Source of the DNA: Mobula hypostoma
Lineage: Eukaryota
NCBI RefSeq assembly: GCF_963921235.1
Contig: NC_086097.1
Span: forward strand, 94,490,001 to 94,554,000
Direction of reading: 5' to 3'
DNA length: 64,000 nt
Every line of letters starts with the position of its first letter. Within the stretch, counting starts at the first letter, position 1. A model generated the notes under the pieces. That model saw only the letters and a list, made by a program, of their open reading frames with translations. It had not been told where the DNA came from and ran no database searches. Below are positions 38,536 through 49,094 of this stretch, piece by piece. The translations under genes were made by a program, and so were the position numbers.

Positions 38536-40013
38536 ATCTTTCTTCGCCTGATTGTTCAGAAGTACCCTGCTCCTTGAATACTCCATACACAGCGTTGACC
38601 TTGCTGTGCCTTTATCTGTTCCCAGTTTGGTAACAAGTTCTTGACTGAAAGGGTTTGAGTAAGGGAGTGGTCTGTCTGCAGGATGAGATCACCCACTCTG
38701 AGGGATAGGGTCCTTCCCAGGACAACTGAGGCCCAAGTCACTGAAGCAGTTATCACACCAACAGCTGCTGGGTTCAACCGTAGTGCAGATAAACATCATG
38801 GCCTGAAGCTCTGTCAAGAAGGAAAACACTGACTGCCTGTGTTAATCACCCCTGACATCTATCTCACCAGAAATGCTTCTCTTTGGCTGCCCATAAGGAA
38901 GATTTATATTGCGCCTGTCACAACCTCAGGATGCCCTGGAGTGAGCTCACATCCAATGAAGGGAAGTCACTTGCATTCACATTGGAGATTTGGCTGCTAA
39001 TTCCTGCACAGTAACTTCCCACTAACAACAAACAGTGAATAATCCGAGAACTAATGAAGGATCTCGGCCTGAATTGTTCTCCGTAGGTGCTACCTGACCT
39101 ACTGAGTTCCTCCAGCATTTTGTATGTGTGACCATGAGCAGGTAATCTGCTTCATTGAGATTGTTTGGATTGATTGGGATAAGCATTAGGTAAATATTGG
39201 AGATAACTTTTAGTTAGGTAGTACCATGGAACATCTCACCCGGAGAGCAGCTCTACAGAGGGGTGCGTAGCCTTGACGTGCCACCGTCTCAGTTTTCCAT
39301 CTTCTCCTCTATGATATCTGCAATTCCACACTCTGTTCATAGCTCCTTGCCTTAAAACGTTCACACAGGCCTTTCACTTCAGCTCAGTGAAGACGGGACA
39401 TAGGATAGCATATAGACAGTTCAGACCGAGTGCAGGAAAATTAAATTGATAACGATTGGCACTAATGGTCAACGTGGGTTTTGTAGTCTGGAGGACCTGT
39501 TTCCATGCTGGTTTGAATTCAGATCATCCTTCCCACTGTCCACGTTCCTCTCTTTTCAAACACGCTACCCGCTACAACATTCATTTCTGAATACGGTTAT
39601 GGTTACTGCCCAGTACACTGCTGCCGTTTAGGGCAACAATGAAGGGCCTCCATCTCTGGTGGTGTTCAGGACTTCCTTCATCATCTCGGTAGCTTCCTGT
39701 CAGCTTACACTGTCAGCCAGGCAAGTCCTGGGCGGAGACGGAGGAATACCGTTGCACTCAGATGTAAAGGGATTCTTCATTGCTGCTTCTGGAACAACTT
39801 TGCTTTACTAGTCAGAGTTGTTAGCCCTGAGCTGAACCCCGAACCTGGAGGATCGGTAGACCACTCTTCATCTGGCCTCTGGCCTTTGACCATGGGTGAC
39901 CCTACCAAGAGCCAAAGCATAAAGCCCTGACTCCAGCCAAAGTAGCTCTCTGGGTCATTGGGGCATGCAAGCCTCCAAACCACAAGGTTGTGGTCCTCTT
40001 GGAGGTCTGAATA

Positions 40014-40823
40014 CATTGGATTCCAGTTAATTGGGACACATTGGCACCAGTACATTTTGGCCCAATTAGCTGAGGTTTGATAGAAATAGTTAAAAATGTA
40101 TAAAAAAGACAAACGATCATTTAACTGAGCAAAAAATTATGTTATAAATGAAATACAGAATAAATTAGAACACTACCAAAAACTACTACAGTATTATAAA
40201 ACTGTTTTAGTTCCTACTAGTTATCAATGGAGGAATTCATCCAGTGTACACTCACATGCTCTTTTGATTAACTGTAAATGAACAAAATCAGCGCAGACGC
40301 CTAGTGCAGATAATGGACTACCTTCAGACAGTGACTGCATCCTCCAAATCTTCACTTTCATTGTAACATTCAAGATTATTGTTGATATCTTAAAATGTTT
40401 TGTAGTTCCCAACTTGTGAAATTGTTTCATTTTCACTCCTGGCTATTTCTGGCATCTTCAAGCCTGAATGCTTGAAACCATAGTGAACAAAACGGTTCTG
40501 AATTGTCTTGCTCTTTACTACTCCCCAGCTATCAGTGACAAAATTCATTGCTTTTTTGAACACAAACACGCAAGCAACACTATTTAAAAACTGTTTGCTT
40601 TAAGTATGGTGTAGTAGTATCTAACGGCCACATGATGTGCATGTTACTGGTGCTAATTGGAACCTGTTCGGCACCAGTCTCCTGTCCCAATTCGGCAGCA
40701 TAGTGTCCCAAATAAAGAAAGGGGATCCCAGCTATTTTCTCAATTAGTTTTTGTTCTTTAAGAGTTGACCCAAATAAGCAGCTGCTCTGATTAACTGATG
40801 GCCCAATTAACCAGAATCCACTG
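40014..40823 (-). mobile_element. Complete non-autonomous Tigger/pogo-like DNA element, about 810 bp
   Basis: TA|CATTGGATTCCAGTTAATTGGG...CCCAATTAACCAGAATCCACTG|TA; homologous to 13780-14307. Confidence 0.85.
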
Positions 40824-42585
40824 TATTTAAATTTTAAACCTTATCTCAAGCGTTACTGAGAAAAACAACACTAGTTTTCCACAAGCTTCTGTTGAAATTT
40901 ATTGAGAAAAGGTAACAGGTACCATTTACTGGTGTGACATGTTGTTAATCTATCATGTTAATGCTAGTCCACAGAGGAATCGTTATCTTACATCCATCTA
41001 GTGATGAGACAAGGGTGAATATATAATCAATAAATGGAAGCATTTCCGGATTAAAATTCCTTCAAAGGTTGTGTTTGTCTCTGCAGTGGCTGTCAACAGG
41101 GTTGACAGGTTCACGGGGTCTGGGAACTCACTTTTTGTTCTAATTGTGTTCTTTCTGGTATAATTCTAAACAATTTAAGTTTAAATTATATTTTCTTGAG
41201 TATGTTGTGCCTCTATCACCATGTTCCTATGATGCTGCTGCAAGTACGTTTGTCACTGCCTCTGTGAGTGCGTGGACTTGTGCAGGTGACAAGAAACTCC
41301 ACTAGGACTTTGACTGTGACCATCCATTCTGAAAATTTGAAATGATGTTTTCAAGGATTCCACTCCAAATCTGATTAATTATATTTTTCTAAATTTAAAT
41401 TTGATATTACTGTATCATATAGAAATACCAGTTTTATTTTTTAGCTAGTGTTTTAAATTCATTATCCACCACTTCAGTGGTGCTGGGAGGAGAGGTACTC
41501 TGGGGTAGCTCTTATTTGCTATACTGTTGTTACGCTGTCATTACTCACATACACAAATCACTGAACATTTAGCGGAACAAACATTTTGGCTTCTCAGTAC
41601 ATCTTTGAATATAGATGGCGGCTTATCAATGGCACAGATCAGCATACTTTAACTATCTAAGTGTCTGTTCTGCAGGTATGACGTCGTATTTTATCTGTCG
41701 AAAGCAAGAGTGTTCAGACATTAAGCCGACCGGGATAAGGACATTTATCTCCAATGCTGATGGATGTCCTACACTAGCAGCACCTTCAGTCACTGTTAGT
41801 CAGGAAGAATGCGTCTCACCTGAGGGGGAGAAGGAGCGGGGGTGGTGAGCTCTCAGACTTGGGCTCTCGTCCACTTGGGATAATATTTCTGCCACTCCAC
41901 TGTGTCTGTAGGAGCTTGGATGAGGCAACGTAAAGGTCATTGGAACCTGATGAGCTACTGCCACATGGGAGCCAGCTTCCTCGGAGGGGAGGAGAGGAAC
42001 AGTTACAATGGGGATAGGCGGATCAAGGAGCTGGGGGTTGGTGGGGAGAAGTTGATTCATCCCCCAGCGTTGGTAGCATGTGGTGGGCTTGCTTTATATC
42101 TGACATGTGTTACGTCTGTCTTGGAAGCAGTTGATGGGGAAGATTAAAGAAAGCATTACACTCTGGTGAACATGTGTTGTACAGTCTTGGACTGTAAGGT
42201 GCAGAAGCAACTTTACACCATAATTAACCCTGGCTGTATTACGCTGGGAGTGTTGGATTGTAAAGTGCAGGGAGATATTTACTCAGTAATTAACTCCTGT
42301 AGTTTGACAGTAGGACTGTTTGCGAAATGTAGAGGGAACTTTACTTCACAATTAAACCCTAACATACTAAGCTAAGAGTATTTGACCAGAAAGGAAATTT
42401 TAATCAAGAGAATACCATCCTTTCAGATTGTCTCATTCCCACTGAAACCAAGTTTAGATCAGAATGCTTATCAAATAATAATACTAATAACTTTATTTAC
42501 AGAGCACTTTCCATACAAACAACACTCACAACATGCTGGAGGAACTCAGCAGGTCGGGCAGCATCCGTGGAAACGATCAGTCAAA

Positions 42586-42611
42586 GTTTCGGGCCGGAAC
42601 CCTTCATCAGG
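42586..42611 (-). ncRNA. Minimal hammerhead-ribozyme-like motif in the Penelope pLTR
   Basis: Minus strand reads CCTGATGAAGGGTTCCGGCCCGAAAC: CUGANGA core, short stem II and GAAA. Confidence 0.5.
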
Positions 42612-44132
42612 ACTGTAGAGGGAAGGGGCAGAGGCCCTATAAAGAAGGTGGGGGGAGAGTGGGAAGGAGAAGGCAGGTAGGTTCCAGGTGAAAAACCAGT
42701 AAGGGGAAAGATAAAGGGGTGGGGTAGGGGAAGCAGGGAGGTGATAGGCAGGAAAGGTGAAGAAGGAATAGGGGAAAACACAATGGGTAGTAGAAGGAGG
42801 TGGAACCATGAGGGAGGTGATAGGCAGCTGGGGGAGGGGGGCAGAGTGAAATAGGGATAAAGTAAGGGAGGGGGAGGGAATTACCGTAAATTGGAGAATT
42901 CTATGTTCATACCAAGGGGCTGGAGACTACATAGACGGTATATGAGGTGTTGCTCCTCCAACCTGAGTTTAGCCTCATCATGGCAGTAGAGGAGGCCATG
43001 TATGGACATATCTGAATGGGAGTGGGAAGCAGAGTTGAAATGGGTGGCAACCGGGAGATCCTGTCTGTTGTGGTGGACGGAGCAGAGGTGCTCGACGAAA
43101 CTGTCCCCCAACCTGCGTCCGGTTTCACCGATGTAGAGGAGGCCGCACCGGGAGCACCGGATGCAATATATGACCCCAATAGACTCACAAGTGAAGTGTT
43201 GCCTCACCTGGAAGGACTGTTTGGGGCCCTGAATGGTGGCAAGAGAGGAGGTGTAGGGTCAGGTGTAGCACTTGCGCTTACAGGGATAAGTGCCGGGTGG
43301 GAGATCCGTGGGGAGGGACGTGTGGACCAGGGAGTCACGGAGGGACCGATCCCTGCGGAAAGCGGAGGGGGGTGGAGAGGGAAAGATGTGCTTAGTGGTG
43401 GGGTCCTGTTGGAGGTGGTGGAAGTTGCGGAAGATAATGTGCTGGATCTGGAGGCTGGTGGGGTGGTAGGTGAGGACAAGGGGAACTCTGTCCCTGTTGT
43501 GGTGACGGGAGGATGGGGTGAGGGCCGAAGTGCTGGAAATGGATGAGATGCGGGTGAGGGCATCATTGATAACGGTAGAAGGGAAACCATGATACGGTGC
43601 GGCCTCCTCTACATCGGTGAAACCTGACGCAGATTGGGGGACCGCTTCGTCGAGCACCTCCGCTCCGTCCACCACAACAGACAGGATCTTCCGGTAGCCA
43701 CCCACTTCAACTCTGCTTCCCATTCCCATTCAGATATGTCCATACATGGCCTCCTCTACTGCCATGATGAGGCTAAACTCAGGTTGGAGGAGCAACACCT
43801 CATATACCGTCTATGTAGTCTCCAGCCCCTTGGTATGAACATAGAATTCTCCAACTTCTGGTAATTCCCTCCTCCTCCCTTCCCCTATCTCCATTTCACT
43901 CTGCCCCCTCCCCCAGCTGCCTATCACCTCCCTCATGGTTCCGCCTCCTTCTACTACCCATTGTGTTTTCCCCTATTCCTTCTTCACCTTTCCTGCCCAT
44001 CACCTCCCTGCCTCCCCTCCCCCACCCCTTTATCTTTCCCCTTACAGGTTTTTCACCTGGAACCTACCAGCCTTCTCCTTCCCACACTCCCCTCACCTTC
44101 TTTATAGGGCCTCTGCCCCTTCCCTCTACAAT

Positions 44133-44164
44133 CCTGACGAAGGGTTCCGGCCCGAAATGTTAAC
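44133..44164 (+). ncRNA. Minimal hammerhead-ribozyme-like motif in the Penelope pLTR
   Basis: CCTGACGAAGGGTTCCGGCCCGAAATGTTAAC. Confidence 0.5.
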
Positions 44165-46498
44165 TGATTGTTTCCACGGATTTTGCCCGACCTGCTGAGT
44201 TCCTCCAGTGTGTTGTGAGCGTTGCTTTGACCCCAGCATCTGCAGAGTATTTTGTGTTGACGATTCCATACAAACAGTGCAGTTGAAAGTGCTTTACAAT
44301 GGAATAAAGTGCAAACTTGAAAATAAAATATCAATAAATATAAAAATAAAGACAAAAATGTCAGTTAAAGTAAAGTTACAGTAAATAACTAGGTTTTGAG
44401 CTGGCATTTTAAAGTGTAACTGGGTCTACATCCCTTATAGTTTTAGGTTTTGAATTCCACAGTTCAGAAGAGTTGTTCAAAAAAGCTGAGCTGCCAATTA
44501 TCCTTTGAGGGAGATTGTTTAAATTTAAGAGACTGTCAGAAAAAGGTCTGAGAGCTCGAGCAGGCTTATAAAACAAAAGCGTTTCTGTGATGTACTCTGG
44601 TCACAGACCTTTGAGAGTTTTAAACACAAGTAAGAGATTACCACAATCTGTAGATATACTCTCCCTAATGGAAGTAATTTTGTTGATAAAAAATATTGTG
44701 AACTCCTCACATGTTGTGGTAGATGCTTGACTGAGGACATTATAGATTGGGTCAGGGTTCAACAGTCAGCTTATAGTTGAGAACAATATTTTACATAATA
44801 ATCTTGGGAAAATGGGCTCTTCTTGCAGAGTGTATGGGTAGCATCAAAGGAGGCTGGTTTTTCCTTGAAAATAGAACAGTCGACTTCTTGTCCAATTTTC
44901 CTCCATTTTCTCTCAGCTGCTCTGCGTGATCTCAAGTTCACGGACAGAATTGTTTAACCATAGTGACATTTTACTCAGTGATTTCTTATTAACCCGAAGG
45001 GGGCCACTATATTTAACATATTTGTCAAGTTACTGTCGAAAGCATCAACTGTTTCTTTTGCTGAACAGTTTAGGTCACATGGGTCAGATGAACTGGCCAG
45101 CTCAGAGAATTTTAAGTTGTGTTGCGGGCGTCAAACAACATTTTTTACTGTAATTCCTTTTGTGGCCTTGGTTCCGGGCAGGAGGGCATCAAAAAGCACA
45201 CAGAAATGATCAGAGACAGTGGTATCAGACAGAGAGACATTAACGATATCTAACCCTTTTGTCATTACTAAATCAAGTGTATTTCCAAGTCGATGGGTGG
45301 GCTCAGTGACATGCTGGGTACGATCTAGTCGGTCTAGTAAGCTCACGAATTCGGCTGCCACAGAGTTTGCATTTGAGTGATCATTAGTATGATTATTGAA
45401 AGCACCAGTGATGACAATCCTGGTGTAGTTCAATATCATAGAGGACAAGAATTCTGAAAATCCTGAGAGAAAGCAGGCACTTGAATTGAGGAGGGCGATG
45501 AATGATAATGCAGAATACAGGATCCACGTCACAAATTTTAAACATGTGTACCTCAAAGCTTGAAAAATTGTTGACAGACAGTAGATGACACCTAAAATGG
45601 TTTTTGAATCAACTCGGTCTTGGTTCGCTGAACCTGTCATTGTTAAGGGGGACACAGTTCAGGTAACCGGCAGTATTCATTTGTCTTTAACCAGGTCTCA
45701 GTTAAGAACATAAAATCAAGGTCTGTTGAGGTAATAAAATCACTTAAAATGGAAGTCGTATTCGACAGGGATCTCACATTTGGAAGAGCAACTTGGAGTG
45801 GTGCAACACGGGAGGTACTGTAGATTTTAAATGTGGGCGCTTATTTCTTTTAGCAGCTTTAAATAGGACAGTTCAATCTGGGGGCCCTTCCAGCGATGAC
45901 GGTCAGAGTCAGATGGGTGACATTTACAGAACCGGTGGTCAGTGAGGATGGATTCGTCTGGGAAGGATCTCACGTGCCATTGATGATAAATAGTCATACA
46001 CGTGGGTTTGCCAGAGTGCAGGGCAATATGTTTGCAAACAGCAGCCATGAGCTCAGACTGTTCGGGCGAAGACCATCAGATTTGGAAAATGTGCCGTGTT
46101 CCCAAAATAGATTAAAGTTGTGAATGAAGCCAAAGTTCAGCACTCTACACTGTGTCTGAAGTTGATCACGCAGACCGAGGAGCCTGCTAAAACACCCAGA
46201 GCTGTGGCCAGCGTGGGAGATGGTCCGGAGGTAAAAACATCCTTGCCATCGATATGTAGAAATTCAAAGAGACGACCAAAGTCACGTTTGTGCAGCTCAG
46301 ATTGTTGCTGGGCGGTGACATTTGTGTTACCGGGAACAGCAGTCATTTTCACAGAGGGGTGGTCAGTTAACAGGCAAGGGAGCTCGTACATTATATCAGA
46401 GACTTTAGTGCTGGGAAAACAAGCAGTCCCACTTTGACTTGATGATCCTGATGATGGAATCACCGGTTATCAGCGTTGTTGGAGGTGGGAGAAGAAGA

Positions 46499-46674
46499 CA
46501 GAGGAATCTGCGGTGGCGTTGCGTCTCAGGAGGTAGCCCGAACAGAGGAATCTGCGATGGCGTTGCATCTCGGGAGGTAGCCCGAACAGAGGAATCTGCG
46601 GTGGAGTTGCATCTGAGGAGGTAGCCCGAACAGAGGAACCTGCAGTGGCGTTGCGTCTCAGGAGGTAGCCCGAA
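46499..46674. repeat. 44-bp tandem repeat, 4 copies, inside L2 ORF1
   Basis: CAGAGGAA starts at 46499, 46543, 46587 and 46631. Confidence 0.95.
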
Positions 46675-48639
46675 TGCTACACAACTTGAGGCACAATGGA
46701 GTCGGGGAGTTACCTACTGGTGGTGTCTCTCCAGTTGCGATTGAGTCCCTGATGGCCTGGCTGATGGAGGGTGAGATGTGCCGACCAGCAGGGAAAAGTC
46801 TTGCTCGTCTAGGACGTTGATTCTATTCTGTAGTTGGATCTCCTGTCATGCACCTACAACTGTCCAAGGCTCCACTAAGCAGGGAGTTGAATTTCCTGAT
46901 GCCTTGGGCCTGGCTCCCAGTTGAATCCAAGGCTCGTTTGGCTTGGCTTTTGAACAAAGAGTGGCAGAACTGGGCCTGATCCAGGGGAGGGTGGAGTCAA
47001 GCTCTCTGTTGGTGCTGGCAGTGACACCCGTAGTGACTATGGACTCAAGCAACCGCTTGTCATCCTTAATCTGATGAAATTGAGATATTCTCCTGCCTAG
47101 TTTGGCGATTTTCTGGTTATGGCCGAGACAGGCGGGGAGCTGAAAGGTGACGTGGTCTCTGTCTCACAACCAGCTCAGGGCGTCAAAGGTGACGGGGAGA
47201 ATAATGGTCAGAGCTGAGACAAGATATCTCACCACGGAAATGGAATGCCAGTTTCCACACATCTTTGTCAATAACCCTAAGCCTGGTAAAGTAGATCAGT
47301 TTAATCGAGTAGATATTTACTGTGGAATGTTGAAAACAGTCAGCAGGTTCAGGAAGCATCTGTAGAGAGAGAAGCAGAGTGAATCTGTCATCTTATTGAT
47401 GTTCCCTGGGGTGAGGGAGACTGAAGTGAAAATTACCCTTGGGATAGATAGTGTTGAGAAATGGTGGCATAATGAAAGTCACCCCATCTACACTCGAGTT
47501 ATTGGGCTCTGATAGTTCTCCAAATGGATGGGATCACGTATCTGAGAGCTATCAGGAAAGGAACATAAGAAAGAGGGAGGCAGCGCACCTTGCCTGACCT
47601 GGGCCCATATGGTTCATATGCAGAGTAATAAATAGATCATTAGCAACGTGTTAGTGGCTGGAATCCAATCACAAAACCGATTGGTTTCTGTATGAGATAA
47701 TGAATGTGTGGGGCTGGATTCGAATCAGCCAATTTACATATTGAATAATCAATACATGGGAGTGAGCTAGAGACTGGGTCCAATCCATTGATGATTGAAC
47801 AATGTACAACTGAAGCTCCTGTACACATCAAGCACATAGGGCCCACATTGCTCCCACACTGCTTTTTTTTAACAGAACTATAGAAGTTTATTTACATCAC
47901 ATATACACAAAGTACAGACATTTAGTTTTCACAAGACTGTAAGTACACAACAGATTAAGCTATAGTTACTACCGTCTCTAAAACAGTCAATACCCCGGCG
48001 GCCCACTGCTGCCGGAAGTCCCCCACTGTGCTCATTGCGACCGCGTGTTCCCTTTCCAAAGACAGCCAGGCATGGATGTTTGCTCAGAAAAGGGGCAGGC
48101 ACTACTGCTTACAACTAGTTTGTGAGATTCCTGCTGGTGACGATGCATTCATCCTGTGAACCTACACTAGTTTACAATCAGTTCCACACTAACCATTTAT
48201 ACAGGAAAATGTGGCAAATGGTATTTGTTAAGTATCCCACTCCCCACCCCGGCACAGCTTGGAGAGTGGACAGCGGAGGTGGGAAAATCATATTTGTGGC
48301 GCAGGTGACCTGAAGTGGTGGAGCAGGCTTGAGGGATTTTGACTATCCTTACTGTTTGGTTTTATATTTAACAATTATTAGAGAAACAACAAGACTTTAG
48401 AAAGAGAAGGAAGTGTTGTGGGGATAAGATGAAGGAAAGATAACTTGGATACTAATCATGAACTGCACTAAACAGAACACTCCTGCTTCAATATTTAATA
48501 CTCTATGTGCCGTTAGCTCACTTACTGCTGTTTGCACAGTTTGTTCCTTTTCTCACGTGTTGTGTGTTCAGTGTTTTCTTGCACGGGTTCCGTGGTGTTT
48601 GCTTGTTTTGTGGCTCCCTGCAAGAGGATGAATCTCAGA

Positions 48640-48903
48640 GCTGTATTGTGTATGCGTACTTTAATACTGTATCATGTATGCGTACTTTAATACTGTATTA
48701 TGTACGCGTACTTTGATACTGTATTGTGTATGCATGCTTTAATACTATATTGTGTATGCATGTTTTAATACTGTATTGTGTACACATACTTTGATACTGT
48801 ATTGTGTATGCATGCTTTGATACTGTATTGTGTATGAATACTTTGATACTGTATTGTGTACGCATACTTTGATACTGTATTGTGTATGCATACTTTGATA
48901 CTC
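48640..48903 (+). repeat. 26-bp minisatellite, about 10 copies (TACTGTATTGTGTATGCATACTTTGA)
   Basis: Period 26 (48641 and 48667); lies in a Rex1-type 3' UTR starting near 48520. Confidence 0.9.
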
Positions 48904-49094
48904 AATGTACTCTGAATCCTTGGACACTGATTCCCTAGTGTTTCAGGAAGACCAATAAGGAGGCAGTGCCTCGAAATGTTTGCTTGCTTTCCTCAACATG
49001 AAGTAATTTGCCTGGGATTTAGACACAGATCAATAAGAAGATTGCAAGAATGCACAAAGATTAATCTCACAGCCAGCCAGCTACTTACAACACA

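Larger units (their letters stand above)
42522..44263. mobile_element. Inverted Penelope-like element (minus arm 42522-43591, plus arm about 43595-44263) with 13-bp TSD
   Basis: GIY-YIG motif VIYCIRCSRCGLLYIGETGRRLGD in ORF 42881..43207. The arms are reverse complements of each other. TTCCATACAAACA occurs at 42509-42521 and 44264-44276. Confidence 0.92.
42485..47250 (-). mobile_element. L2-type LINE with SGNH-esterase-like ORF1, APE endonuclease and ORF2 C-terminus; RT domain deleted; tail split by a Penelope insertion
   Basis: ORF1 remnants QLGARPK..STP and CFPSTKVSDI..QQQSELHKRDF..VFTSGPSP. APE motifs FLTETWL, ITGAFN and THRLGNTLDLV..SDHFCV. C-terminus LLLVFKTLKGL*PEYI..LWNS. Confidence 0.8.

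Noticed and set aside
43259..43729. 156-aa ORF across the Penelope inversion junction
   Set aside because: It is a chimera of antisense arm sequence and a sense fragment, and it ends in a premature stop.
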